A stretch of 64,000 nucleotides of DNA from Basidiobolus meristosporus CBS 931.73 (GCA_002104905.1 MCFE01000375.1:20782-84781), one strand, 5' to 3'. Shown: positions 25,919 to 39,727, counted from the stretch's first letter. Notes: generated from the sequence alone by a model not told the origin. A program made the numbers and translations.

Positions 25919-26617
25919 CTAGTTGATGAGTGCAATGCTACAGCTTGGCTGTGCTGAATTGCTCCAACTGAACCAACTGAACCGGCCTGAGGGCCGCTCT
26001 AATGGACTTGTGTCTAAATGAGCAGTTTGGCGAGTTCTTGTAGTTTTGCTCTGAAGCACGCACGTTGACCCAACGTGCGTTGACTCAATGCACGTTGACT
26101 TGATGTGGGGCATTCTGGTAAAGGGTGTTGGCATGGTCTGGACTGACGTGCGCTGGTGCGCTGTGGTTGCAAGAGATGGTAGGGAATCCAGCAAGGCGTG
26201 CTGGCGTGATCTGGACAATGTTGCTTGTGGTCTGTATTCTTCCTCCTGAAGCTCACCATCTGATTCCTCAAGGTATTCACTTACCCTCTGTCTGATACTT
26301 TGGAGCTGTTGCCTTGATGAGTCCTGTGTATATTGCTCTTGGAAGCCACTTAGCTCTACTAATATATCATGTAGTACATTAGTCATTTGGGGCAAAAACT
26401 CATTTAAAATCTCTTTGGTTCCCAAAGTTGAGGCACAAACAGACGTGTCCAGCCCATACTGTGCAACTTGCGTGCAAAATCGCTCCTGCGCGGCTTCTTT
26501 GTCAAACCCCCTCACTCTCAGCTCATTCTTGATTTCAATACTTGTCTTGTTATATATCTTTTTACATACATTGGCTGGCATCTTGATGTAGAACTCATGC
26601 AACAGCTTTCTACTCAA
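25919..26617 (-). CDS. Unknown protein divergent from the transposase; candidate accessory ORF2 of the DNA transposon; true start unresolved
   Basis: 232-codon open frame with a helical, charged N-terminal half. The frame is preceded by QRWKNL, and TSIEIKNELRVRGF is SAP/HeH-like. The ORF-track start is TTG. Confidence 0.45.
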   Translation of the reverse strand: MSRKLLHEFYIKMPANVCKKIYNKTSIEIKNELRVRGFDKEAAQERFCTQVAQYGLDTSVCASTLGTKEILNEFLPQMTNVLHDILVELSGFQEQYTQDSSRQQLQSIRQRVSEYLEESDGELQEEEYRPQATLSRSRQHALLDSLPSLATTAHQRTSVQTMPTPFTRMPHIKSTCIESTHVGSTCVLQSKTTRTRQTAHLDTSPLERPSGRFSWFSWSNSAQPSCSIALIN

Positions 26618-27210
26618 ATTCTTCCATCTTTGTCAACTCTCTGAGGTATCTAGTTATGCTAGATTAATCAGTAGTGCCCAAATATCTGTATGAAGGCTCA
26701 TCATAGACACCTGGGCTATACTAAAATCATTTGGCAAGAACTCAAACGGATCCAACATTGACTTTTCCGGTCTGGACCGTGCTTGTGAGCTGGGGGATGG
26801 GTTTTGTCTGGGTTGTACTAAAGATGAGTTGAGGCTTGGTATGGGGACCATAGCAACGGATTTGGATACTTATACAGCAGTATATTGGCATCAACCTGGT
26901 CTTATATGAAATATATATGAAAACTAATGTGATTGTTGAATTTTCCATATATTATGCATGATGCATCTTGGATTGTGTTGACATGGTTCAGATCACATCA
27001 ATTGCAGATTTACTATTTGATGATAGGCCTATGATTAAAGCATCAATAAAAGTACCAAGGCATTGTTTGCGGATGATCTTTGCGACATAATGATGGGATA
27101 CATGGCAATTGATGGAGATTTAACCATAATGAATTAAAAATCAGATAAATAACGCGGATTGTGCCAAATCAATTCAAACCGCCTTTATACAATCATCCAC
27201 CAATTTTAAT

Positions 27211-28095
27211 ATGACTTTCTCATCTGAATGGTCTTTTCTCATCAATCCCATCACTACCACTGGATTTCCTTTTGACACACTAGAGGAGATCTATTCCAAG
27301 TACTGTGGACCATCAACCCCAATCTACTCAAGGAGATCCCTTGTCAAGCTTCTCTGCTATTACAAGAACTATTGCCCTACAAGGTCTCATCCCACCATCC
27401 ATGGCAACAAAAGTCCTAGAAGCTTTCATTCCCAGCTGACAGCAATGGAGAACCACCTTGCAGAGGGTATGAATGACTTAGAGCAAGCTTGGAATACTAG
27501 GTTCAGAAGCTCCAATAGACTTCCATATCCCAGAGTGTTCAGCAACAGGTTCCATATCAGGAGTATTTTGGGTACCTTCCCAGGGAGGATTAACAGACCT
27601 TCTAGAGGGCAGAGGCACTTTTATTTTGGCAAGTACAAGGCACACTGTGTGAAGTTTCAAGCACTGTCTGACATTGAGGGTAACATCATCTGGTTTAGTG
27701 GGCCATTTGCTGGAAGTAGGCATGACAAAGCACTCTGAGTAGAGAATCATCCTGAATTCAGTAGAGGGGAGAAATGTATGGCAGACTTAGCCTATATAGG
27801 AGAGGATTGTCAGAGATTAGGATGTATTACAGCTTATAGGAAGCCAAGGAATGGTGTGCTTAGCAGGAAGCAGAAGCTCTACAATGAGATATTTAATCAT
27901 TGCAGAGTGAGGGTAGAGCACACATTTGGATATCTGAAGAGATTCAGCATATTGGCAGGTAATTACAGAGGAAAGTCATATATAGGAGAAAACAGCAGAA
28001 TAGGTATAATAGTCAAGATACCTAATAATGCACAGTATGTTCATACAAGAAGACATCCACTGAGAGAAATGTGTTTGGAGCATTATGAAGAGTAA
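27211..28095 (+). pseudogene. DDE_Tnp_4 (PIF/Harbinger or ISL2EU-like) transposase with one in-frame stop at 27736-27738
   Basis: INRPS..QRHFYFGKYKAHCVKFQAL.D..G.I.W.SGPFAGSRHD, MADLAYIG and YNEIFNHCRVRVEHTFGYLKRFSIL. The two track ORFs share one frame. Confidence 0.85.
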
Positions 28096-28149
28096 ATAAA
28101 GCAAGGAAAGCACTATTCTGAGCAACGTAAGTAAGATTGAGTGAGATTA

Positions 28150-28276
28150 CCAGTAACTGTATCATACCACTGGCATCATGGTAGAAATTATAGTGCCAGA
28201 TAGAGCCGTAGAGTGCCAGATTGATTTGGCACCATAAACAGGCTGGCACTATGTGGCACTATCCAACAGAACAAGT
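28150..28276 (-). repeat. Right terminal inverted repeat and subterminal GTGCCA repeats of the DNA transposon
   Basis: Reverse complement begins ACTTGTTCTGTTGGATAGTGCCA, identical to 33599-33621. Confidence 0.7.
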
Positions 28277-28419
28277 ATAATAAATCCTTGTGTTTATCAA
28301 GTGGGTTTTCTTGAGCACTGCTCCTTAAGAAGTGCTGCAACCCCTTAGGGTGCCTATTGAAATTTAAATTCCACTGTGGGCATTGTCACTGTCTCTGAGC
28401 TCTGCAAGTTGTTGCTTTG

Positions 28420-31400
28420 TGTTATGATCTACCACTTGAATGTTTGAGTTACATCAGTTTTTTGTCAAATCAATTAGTTATATGTTTAAGTTATTAGTAT
28501 ATCATTATTATCTATGAAATCAGCAGCATTAGTCAGCAAATGAATCAGCAGATCCTTATCAGGCAGAAATAGATATGTTAAGTATGATCTTGTTGGGTGA
28601 TGATGATGCAATCAAATGAGTCATCAGCCACAGCCTACATTAGGAAATACAATTAGTTAGCAATTGATCTGGCAAAATGTATATAAGGAGCTGTTGGAAT
28701 CTCAATAAAGATCAGTTCAAGTTTTAGTGAATACAATACTAGCTACACTCCCTAATTGTCTACAACTCTTATACCAAGACTTGCAACATTGGTAGCAGCA
28801 ATAACCAGAAACATCCCTCCTGAAGAAAGAAGAAGCCTCCCTCAAGATGGCTGAAAATCAAGAATGGAGGAATGCTATGCAACAAATCCTGGCCCAGCAG
28901 CAACAGTTACTCCAGATCCTTAGCCAGCAGCAACAAGGAATGACTACCATGGCCCAAAGCCAGCAAAACCCTTTCAAGAGCAACTTAAGTGCAAAGGTCA
29001 ACCTGTACCATGGTAGTGTCAATGAAAACCTGGGAACTTGGGTCTTCCAGATTGAAGACACTTTCAAGGCTAAGGGAATTGCTCCAGAAAGCAAGTTACA
29101 TTATGCAGCCTCTTACCTGGCTGATGCAGCTTTGCAGTGGTACCAAAACAAGATCAGGTCAGCCACCATGATGGGATGCTTTACAATCTTTACCAGGAAT
29201 GAGTCTTTGTTGGAAATTCAGGATACCTTTGAGCCCTCACACCAGCAGACATTACCAAGAAGAAAGTTGAAGACACTCAGACAGGAAGGAATGGTCCAAG
29301 AGTACATCTACAAATATAGATGTCTACTTGGGCAAATTGAAAGAATAGACCCTCTGGATCAAGTTGTATACTTTATTGATGGGTTGAAAGAAAGAACTCT
29401 TAAGGAAGTGAATTACTGAACACCTCAGACTATTGAAGAAGCCATCACGATTGCCATTGACCATGACTCAGCTATGTTTGGAATTGGGAAGCCCACAATG
29501 ACTAATCAGAAAGGCTACAATCACTATGAAAGAAGACAAACAGAAGCAGTGCCAATGGAAATAGATGCTATGCAGAAGAATCCTACCTCCGAAGAATGTA
29601 AGAAGAAAGAACTTTGCTTCAATTGCCACCAGCAGGGACATATTGCAATGTACTGCCCTCAGAGAAGAAATGGACACCAGCCATCAAGAACCTTCAACCA
29701 TATTGAGGCCATGGAGCATAGTAACATGGAGGATGAGCTTGAAGAAGACCTAGAACTCACCTTCCATATGACAGAAAAATACCTATCCCAGATGACCTCA
29801 AACTCAGGAAAGTTGTTATACCTGAATGGAGTAGTCAGTGGAGTACCTGCCAAGATCATGATTGACTCAGGAGCATTGCATGAATACATGTCAGAACAAT
29901 TGGCTTTGAAAGCTGGAATCAACTTGGAACCCACCAAATCAACTTAAATCTCAACAGCTGATAGGAACTCTCACATAATCAACCTTATTACTCAGCCAGT
30001 TAGGTTAAAGATCAATGACTATGAAGAAGATCTACAGGCCAATATATTTGGGAACTGCAAGTTCAACCTTATTTGAGGGAAAACCTGGCTATTTTGTTGT
30101 AATCCATCAATGAACTGGAGAACACATGCTACTCACATCCAGAAAGACTACAAGACCTATGAGCTATTACCTGCCAGACTGGATTTTAACTTGGCCAATT
30201 CCAGTGTGTGTGAAACAGGTTGATTTTCAAGACACATTCTGTAGAGAACTACAAAAAGGCACCCAAATGTTCCTGATGGCAGTATTACAGGTTGATTCCT
30301 CTGCTCCAGTACCCCAGGAGGTCCAGACACTTTTGAAGGAGTGTTCAGACATATTTCCAGAAGAGCCTGTAAGCTTACCACCAGTCAGAGACGTGGATCC
30401 TGCCATTGAAATAGGAGATAGCTTTCCAGCAAGTAAGACACCTTACAGAATGAGTCTATTGGAGTTGGAATAGATGAGGAGACAAATAGATCAGTTACTG
30501 GAGTAAGGATATATCAGACCCAGCAAGTCACCATGGGGAGCACCAGTGCTTTTTGTAAAGAAGAAGGATGGAACACTTAGGATTTTCATTGACTACAGAG
30601 CCCTCAACTCAGTTACCGTGAAGAATAAGTATCCCATACCTTGGATTGATGAGCTTTTGGACCAACTCAATGGAGCCACTATTTTCAGCAAGATTGACCT
30701 CATGACAGGATACAATCAGATTAGGGCAAAGCCAGAAGACATCCCTAGACAGGATTCAGGACCAGATATGGACATTACAAGTACTTGGTAATGAGATTTG
30801 GCCTCACCAATGCCCCTGCAGCATTCATGACCCCTATGCAGACTGTCTTCCAGGAGTACTTAGACAAGTTTGTCATAATCTACCTAGATGATATATTGAT
30901 ATACAGCAAGACAGAAAAGGATCACTTGGTGCACATTGAAAAGCTCTTGAAGAAGCTAAGAGAGAACAAGCTTTATGGGTAGCTACCCAAGTGTGAATTC
31001 TTCAAGAAACACATTGAATATCTCAGACACATAGTGACTAGCACAGGAGTAACCTTAGACCCTAAGAAGGTTGAAGTTATCAAGAATCTGAAGCAGCCGC
31101 ATAGTATATCAGGGCTCAGATCATATGTTGGAATAGTTGTCTATTATTGGAGATTTGTCAAGTTGTTTGCAAGTATTGCAGCCCCTTTAACTGATATGCT
31201 CAAGTAAGACAATACCTACAAGTGGGACATAGCTTATGAAACTGCCTTCCAGACACTCATGAATAAACTTGCTAAGCTGCCAAGCTTAAGAATACCTGAC
31301 TTCAGAAAAGAGTTTACTCTATGCACAGATGCTTCAGATTATGCAATTGGTGGAGTGTTGAGCTAAGAACATGAGGGAAAGGACTACCCCATTGCCTTTG

Positions 31401-33354
31401 AATCCAAGAATCTGAACTCAGCAGAACAAACTATCCAGTGCATGAGAAGGAGATGCTTGCTATAATACACTGTTTGAAGACATGGAGATGCTATATTGAA
31501 GGAGTCAAATGCACTGTGAAGACTGATCATGCCTCCCTCAAGTATATATTTACTCAGAAGATACTCTCTAGAAGAATGAAAAGATGGAGTGAATATATTC
31601 AGCAACTTGACTTGGAGATTGTCAACTGCCCTGAAAAAAACAATATGGTTGCTGATGCCTTATCATGATTAGAACAAGTTGCACAACTCAACTTGGTGCA
31701 TGAATCAGATTGGCCTAGCCTATTAGCAAAGTACATGGAGGACCAAGCCATTCCTAATGAGGTGAATGAAGATATCAAGAAGATAATCCAGGATGAAGCC
31801 AGCAAACTTGTAGCACAGGATGAAACACTCTACCAAATTGTTAATGGAAGCCCTATTCTCTATTGCCCTTATGTTTCTTGCCTGGATCTAGCCCATAACC
31901 TCTACAATGAATATGTACATCTTGGAACTGAAGGAACCAATAGCGTTGTGAAAGCCAGAGCATGGTGGCCCAGAATGAGACATGACACTGAGAAGCTAGT
32001 GAAAGCATGCCCAAATTGCCAAATGAACCAAGGCCACTACAGAGAATTGCTCAACTCTTTCCCTTGGAGCCAGTAAGACCATTTGAAAGATGGGGAGTTG
32101 ACTTTATTGGAAGACTGCCACCTAACAAGAAATGCAACCATTGGATCCTAGTAGCAATTGACCATGCCACTTAATGCCAAGTGGCTAAAGCTGTACCTAT
32201 AGCCAACAAACAATAAGTTGCAAGTTTCATCTACCATGAGATTCTTATGAAGTTTGGATGCCCTGTAGCAATTCTATCCAATAGAGGCGCAAACTTTGTG
32301 GCAAAGACATTGGAAGCTTACCTGGAAATGCAGCACATCAGACACCTGAAAACCCTGGCATTTCATCCTAAAACTAATGGAGTCACTGAGTGGTTTAATG
32401 GATTATTTGGAAAAATGCTGACCAAGTATGCAAATGGAGCTGTCAATAGATGAGGTGAGTAAATAGACCAAGCACTCTTTGCATGCAGAGTTAGAGTATA
32501 CAACACCACCCAGCAATTGCCATTTTAATCAGTGTATGGATGTGAAGCAAGGACTCCAGGAGATCTCACACAACCAAACCTTATAGACACCTTTGCAGAT
32601 GAAATCAGTCAACCAAGTAGACACCAGCAACTGGAATAAAGAGGTCAAGAGGCACAGACCAAAGTATCTCAAAGAGCAGAAATAATGAAGCAGAGAATTG
32701 ATAAGACTATAGTACCAGAAGCATTGAGAGTTGGGAACTTTGAATTGCTAAGAAACAACACTTGGAAGAAGTTTGAGCCACAATGGGCAGGACCATTCAA
32801 GATCATCAGAGAATGTCCATTTGCAACTTACCAACTAGTGGACAAACAAGGCAACATCTGGGAAAATTCAGTGCATAGGGACAGACTCAAGCTTTTAAGA
32901 CTTACTGATAATACTGAATCATCAAGATACTGGTATCACAAGAAAAGAGATTCAGGAGAGGCCTCTCAACTTTAGCAGGGGAGAATGTTATGATCTGCTG
33001 CTTGAATGCTTAAGTTACATCAGTTTTTAGTCCAATCAATTTGTTATATGTTTAGGTTATTGGTATATCAGTATGTTCTATCAAATCAGCAGCATTGGTC
33101 AGCAAATTAATCAGCAGATCCTTATCAGACTGAAATAGATATATTAAGTAGGATCTTATTGGGTGATGATGATGCAATCAAATGAGTCATCAGCCACAGC
33201 CTACATTAGAAAGTACAATTAGTCAGCAATTGATCTGGCAAAATGTTTATAAGGAGCTGCTGGAATCTCAATAAAGATCAGTTCAAGTTTCAGTGAATAC
33301 AATACTAGCTAAACTCCCTATTCCTCTACAACTCTTATACCAAGACTTGTAACA
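28420..33354 (+). mobile_element. Ty3/Gypsy family A copy 1, full length, many stops and frameshifts
   Basis: LTRs 28420-28788 and 32986-33354, PBS TGGTAGCAGC (tRNA-iMet-like) and PPT AGCAGGGGAGAA. Flanks TTTG/TTTA are an imperfect 4-bp TSD. Remnants of gag, CCHC knuckle, IDSGA, YLDD, RNase H and integrase. Confidence 0.92.
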
Positions 33355-33598
33355 TTTATATGTCAGTGGGAACTTTGCTCTGTATACAATGGATGATGTG
33401 AAAGCAGTGGTACACATATTGCCATCCTCTGCAGACTCATCTACCTCACTGGAATATAGCCAAGCTGGCTGTGCTTCCAATGCTTAAGAAGACAACTGTT
33501 GCTGATGTAGTAGTTCTTTTTGGCTAGTATAGGATTCAGCCTATTCTGTACTGACAGCATTAATTGGCAGGAACTGCATCTTGCTCTACATGTTTGCA

Positions 33599-34338
33599 AC
33601 TTGTTCTGTTGGATAGTGCCATACTGAGTGATGGGTGCCAAATGATGCCATAATGTGTCAGTGAGGCCAAGTGGACCTATACTTGGCCACAGTGTGTGAA
33701 ACATAGATCTTCATTGGAATGCAAATCAGCCCTTGTGTTTCACCCATTGTGCCGGAGTAAATCCATTTTTAACCTGTTTTTGAGGTCAATGTTGTGCACA
33801 ATGTGTAAGAGGACAGAAGAACTGAAGACATGCTTCTGGTACTCAATAACATGGCACTCTGAATCTAGCTCCTGTGGCTTATAACATGATACAAAATGCT
33901 TATCACTATCTTGGTCCACTGGCACTATCTGGGTACACTGGCACTATCTGGCACCATATTTAAATATTGGCCCTGAAATAAAACCTATACAGAGCACTTA
34001 TTGTGCCAGATAGTGTCAGAGGACCAAGATAGTGCTAAGCATTTTGTATCATGCTACAAGCCACCGGAGCTAGATTAAGAGTACCATGGTTATTGAGTAC
34101 CAGAAGCATGTCTTCAGTATTGCTGTCTTCTTACACATCATGCACATCATTTATCCCTAAAAATGGTTAAAAGTAGATTTTCTCTGGAATAATGGGTGAA
34201 ACACAGGCACTGCTGTGCATTCAGATGGATATCTATGTTTCACACTCTGTGGCCAAGTATAAGCCCACTTGGCCTCCCTGGCACACTGTAGCATCATTCA
34301 GCACTCATGGCTCTATGTGGCACTTTCCAACAGAACAC
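33599..34338. mobile_element. Foldback MITE, ~740 bp, with ~350-bp inverted arms
   Basis: 33599-33950 is the imperfect reverse complement of 34000-34338; no ORF. Confidence 0.85.
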
Positions 34339-34661
34339 ATCTTACGTTTGCAATATATACATTACCAGTAATACAAGGTATATAACAACCTTTCAATGAT
34401 CACACCAAAAAGCTGAGCTGGGATACTGTACCACCACTGTAGTTACATATTCTGCTGTTTTCTCCCATCAAAAGCAAACAGACTTTATCTTTCTGATCTA
34501 GGCTTTACTTTCTTGGACTTTTATCTCTGTTATGGTACTCAGATCTTTCATTTGCTGCTTGATAGGTTTATCTTGGTATTGCAGTAGCTCATGGCCTGAC
34601 TGGTAGCTCTTCATAGAAGCTTCATTCTGAATAGGATAGGAATGGTCTCATATAAACTATG

Positions 34662-35029
34662 TGTTGAAATATTGGACTATTTGGTATCATTCAGCAGCTA
34701 AATTTTTACTTAACAATTCTAGACTTGTCTTAGTCGCTGTAGGACTCATTTACTGCCTTAACTTCACCATTTTCTCCAGATATATGATCTTATGATTACT
34801 CCCTGTAGTCAGGATCAAATTAGCACTATTACCAAACATTATGTACTAACCCTGAAACTGTTACAGAATGCTCCTGAATATTGAGAAACCCTCCCTACTT
34901 AGTGTTGCAGCTGTATTACTTCTACAAAGATATAAATACTGAGCTTCTTTATGAATAAACAACAGTTCAACTATTATCACTATTTCTTGATAAGCTCCTT
35001 ATATCCAAATCACTTCTTAAATTGCAACA
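34662..35029 (+). repeat. Copia-type solo LTR (family B)
   Basis: TGTTGAAA...TTGCAACA with flanks CTATG/CTATT. Aligns with ~49150-49514 and ~50245-50603. Confidence 0.75.
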
Positions 35030-36354
35030 CTATTGTGCCTAAACTGTAAAACCTGATGCCACACTTTTTAATTGCATAAATTTGCCATAACAGCTGTGAA
35101 ATGCCTCTGTTGCTTGTGATAGAGTATTTCAGCATAGAGCTTGATTGACAGTGGATATCAACAAGCACATGATCTTCAGCCCCCATTATAGTCCTTAGCC
35201 TGACCACTATTATTGCTTCTCTAGCTCCTACTGCAGGTAATTAGACTTCATTGTTCATGGTGATGTTATTGTAGTTTCTGGGTATGTGGTTTCTGATGGA
35301 GTACTCTGTTGCTTTCCCTGGCAACAATAATCCATTATCCTTGTATGATTGGACTGCTAGATAACATTTAGTGGGCTTGATAGTCCAAATCAGTCTTGGG
35401 TGCTACCTAATTCAACTTAGAAACTGACAGCTTGTTGCAGTTGGCTTTCTTCAATGTCTGGTCTTGAAGATGTTACTAGCTGAATTTTCCCCATTGATCT
35501 AGATCTGGATCATGCAGGTAGCATATCTATGGTTTGTCAGATCCCCTTGGGTGAGAAGGAACATCTTGTTGGCAGTACATACCTACTCTGAGTTGTTTCA
35601 TCTAAATTGGTCATTCATTTAGATCTCCCATAAATTTTAACAGGCTTGATCAAGTTTAATCAAATAAACTTTGTTAAGAAGCCATTGCACTCAGTATTGT
35701 TGTTGCAAATAGCATTACTGCAGTGTGGCTTGTGACTGAGAGCTGTAAGTAAACTGATCTGAACACAACAGTAAGATCTACACATGATTCATGTTAATGT
35801 ATATGCGCAGCACTCATTAAATGTCTGATAACATATGTACTAGGGTAGGGCAACTAGTACATTCCTCCATAGTATTTCATATGCTTTCAATAGTAAACAC
35901 AGATATAATGTCAGGCTTACTTGTAGCACTTTTTTTCATGGCAGTAGAGAACACTTGTTCAGACATATTTGGGTATATCTGTCCTGTTGTGTGTGATACA
36001 TATGTGGATATGTAGCTTGTCTTGTAAGTGTCTCATAGAGCCCCAGTATATCTGGTAATACTAACAGGGTTACTGATACATCATAAGTACCACTCCAGTG
36101 TTGGCATACCTGGGATCCCTGATCTTTGGGCAAATACATAGTATTATATATTATTCTAATCCACAGGTTTGGGCAAGGTGATTCATGTATCTGTCTGCAT
36201 ATCCAACTCCAAACTAGTGCAGCAGGCAGCTCCAAAGTGCTTGCATATAGTTTTATTTCAAGTGGCTACAGACTTTTGTAAACTCACTGCTGGAACATGG
36301 GCTCTTCATCAACTGATATAGCATAATCCAAACACAGCTATATGTAGAACTTTA

Positions 36355-39300
36355 ACATAGCTCAATTGCTGACTAATTGTACTTCCTAATGTAGGTTGTG
36401 ACTGATGACTCAGTTGATTGCGTCATCATCACCCAATCAGAACCTACATAATTTATCTATTGCTGACTAATAAGGAATGGCTGATTGATTTGCTGACTAA
36501 TGCTACTTGATTTGATAGATAGCACTGATATACTGATAGGCTAAGCATATTATTAATGGATTTGACTAAAAACTGACCTAACTTAAACATTCAAGCGGTA
36601 GATCATAACATTCTCCCCCATCAAAGCTGAAAGGGTTCTCCTGAATCTCTTTTCTTGTGATACCAATATTTCCATAGTTCAGTATTGCCAGCAAGTCAAT
36701 CAAGCTTGAGTCTGTCTCAATGAACCAAATCTTCCCAGATATTCCTTAATTTGTCCACCAGTTGGTAAGCTGTAAATGGACATTCTCTGATGATTTTGTA
36801 TAGTACCATCTACTGTGGCTTAGACTTCTTCCAAGTACTGTTTCTCAGCTATACAAAGCTCCTAACTGTCAATGATTCTGGTGATATAGTCTTTTCAAAT
36901 CTCTGCTTCATCTTTTCTACACTTTGAATTTATCTGGCCTGTGCCTCTTGATGTCCATGCCCCAGCTGCTGGTGTCTACTTGGCCAACTAGTTCATCTTC
37001 TAAGGCATTGGTAAGCTTTGGTTGGGTGAGATCTCTTGGTATCCTTGGTTCACATCCATACACTAGGTGATATGGCAATTATTGGGTGGTGTTGTGTACT
37101 CTAGCTCTGCATGCAAAGAGAGCTTGATCAATACACTCATCCCATCTACTGACAGCTCCATTTGCATACTTGGTCAGCATTTTTCCAAATAATCCATTAA
37201 ACCACTCAGTGAATCCATTAGTTTTGGGGTGATATACCAGGGTTTTCAGGTGTCTGATATGATGCATTTCCAGGTAAGCTTCCAATGTCTTAGCCATAAA
37301 GTTTACCCCCTTTTTTGGAGAAAATTGCTACAGGGTATACAAACTTCATAAGGATCTCATGGTAGATGAAGCCTACAACTTCTTGTTTGCTGTCTACAGT
37401 TGCTGCTTTAGCCACTGGCCATTTGGTGGCATGGTCAATTGCCACAAGGATCCAACAGTTGCATTTCCTGGTATTTGTAGTCTTACAATAAAGTCAATTC
37501 CCCATCTTTCAAACAGTCTTACAGGCTTCAAGGGAAAGAGTTTGGCAGTTTTCTGTGGTTGGCCTTGGTTGATTTGGCAATTAGGGTATGCTTTCACTAG
37601 CTTCTCAATGTCTTGTTTCATTCTGGGCCACCATGCTCAGGCTTTCACCAGGCTATAGGTTCCTTGATTCCATATCCAGGCAAGCAACATAAGGGCAATA
37701 GGCAATAGGACTCCCATCAACAATTTGGTAGAGTGTTTCATTCTGTACCACAAATTTGCTGGCTTCACCCCATATTATCTACTTGATCTCTTCATCCACC
37801 CCATCAGGAACAGCTTGGCCCTCCAAGAACTTTGTTGATAGGCTAGGCTAATCTGATTCACGCACTAAGTTGAGTTGTGCAAGTTGTTCTAACTTTGATA
37901 AGGCATCAGCAACACCAGTTGCATAATCTGAAGCATCTGTGTATAGAGTAAACTCATATCTGAAGTCAGGTATTCTAAAGCTTGGCAGCTTAGCAAGATC
38001 ATTCTTGAGTATCTGGAAGGCAGTCTCACAGCTATGTCCCACTTGTAGGAATTGTCTTTCTTGAGAATATCAGCTAAAGGGGCTACAATACTTGCCAAGA
38101 ACTTGACAAATCCTCAATAATAGGAAGCCACTCCAAGGAATGATCTGAGTTCTGATATGCAATGAGGCTGCTTCAGATTCCTGATTACTTCAACCTTCTT
38201 AGTGTCTAAGGTCACTCCTGTGCTAGTCATTATGTGTTCCAGATATACAACATGTTCCCAGAAGAACTCACACGTTGCTAGCTTCCCATATAGTTTGTTC
38301 TCTCTGAACTTCTTCAAGACCACTTCAATGTACCACATGATCCTCTACTGTCTTGCTGTATATCAATATGTCTTCTAGTTAAATTATCACAAACTTTTCT
38401 AAGTACTCCTGGAAGTCAGTCTGCATCAGGGTCATGAATGTTGCAGGGGCATTGGTGAGGCCAAAACTCATAGCCAAGTACTTGTACTGTGCATATCTGG
38501 TCCTGAATGCTGTCTTAGGGATGTCTTCTGGCTTCACCCTAATCTGGTTGTATCCTGACATGAGGTCAGTCTTTCTGAATATATTTGCCCCATTGAGCTG
38601 GTCCAAAAGCTCATCAATCCAAGGTATGGGGTACTTATTCTTCATGGTAACTGAGTTGAGGGCTCTGTAGTCAATGCACATCCTTTGAGTTCCATCCCTC
38701 TTCCTCACAAATGTACTGGTGCTCCCCAAGGAGACTTGCTGGGTCTAATATATCCTTGCTCCAATAACTGATCCATTTGTCTCTTCATCTCTTCCAACTC
38801 CAATGGACTCATTCTGTAAGGTGTCTTACTTGCTGGAAAGCTATCTCCTGTGTCAATGGCCTGATCCATGTCTCTTACTGATGGTAGGCTTACAGGTTTA
38901 TCTGGAAGTATGTCTGAATATTTCTTCAAAAGAGTCTGGACCTTCTGGGATACTGGAGTAAAGGAATCCTCCTGTAATACTGCCATGAGGAACATCTGGG
39001 TGCCTTTTCTAAGTGCTCTACAGAACTGTGTCTTGCTAGTTCACTTGTTTCACACACAATGGAATTGACCAAGTTGAAATCCAGTCTGGCAGGTAACAGC
39101 TCATAGGTTTTGTTGACCTTCTGGATCCAAGTAGCATGGGTTCTCCAGTTGATTGGTGGATTACAACAAAATGGCCAGATTGTTCCAAGTACAAGGTAAA
39201 ACTTGCAGCTCTCATATAACTAGGCCTGTAGGTCTTCTTCATAGTCATCAATCTTCATCCTTACTGGCTGAGTAATATAGTTGATTACATCAGAGTTGCC

Positions 39301-39609
39301 ATCAGTGGTTGAGACTGAAGTTGCTTTGGTGGGTTCTGAGTAGATTCCAGCTTTCAAAGCAAGTTGCTCTAACATGTACTCATGCAATGGTCCTGAGTCA
39401 ATCATGATCTTGGCAGGTACACCATTGATCGCTCCAGTTGAGTATATTGGCTTTCCTGAGTTTGAGGGCATCTAGGATAGGTATTCTTCTGTCATATAGA
39501 AGGTAATTTCTGAGTCTTTTTCAAGTTCATCCTCCATGTTACTATGCTCAAGGGCTTCAATATTGTTGAAGGTTCTTGATGGCTGGTGTCCATTTCTTCT
39601 CTGAGGGCA
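36355..39609 (-). mobile_element. Ty3/Gypsy family A copy 2: partial 3' LTR 36355-36610, pol with internal deletions, most of gag missing
   Basis: Minus-strand ORF pieces match family A protease, RT and integrase; PPT abuts 36610. Confidence 0.88.
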
Positions 39610-39617
39610 ATACACTC

Positions 39618-39727
39618 TTCTTGCTTAGTGTTACAGTTGTATTACTTCTACAAAGGTATAAATACTGAGCGTCATTAGGAGTAAGCAAAAGTTCAACTAC
39701 TATCACTATTTATTGTTGCGGTTCTTA
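39618..39727 (+). repeat. Fragment of a family B LTR
   Basis: cttagtgttacagttgtattacttctacaaaggtataaatactgagc aligns with 34899-34945. Confidence 0.7.

Noticed and set aside
26045-26105. Three GCACGTTGAC-like 15-nt units
   Set aside because: Short coding tandem repeat (STCIE/STHVG/STCVL) within the ORF.
35030-36350. AT-rich decayed sequence with short ORFs (similar at 49515-50240 and 5880-6300)
   Set aside because: Probably old repeat debris, but no family-diagnostic motif was found.
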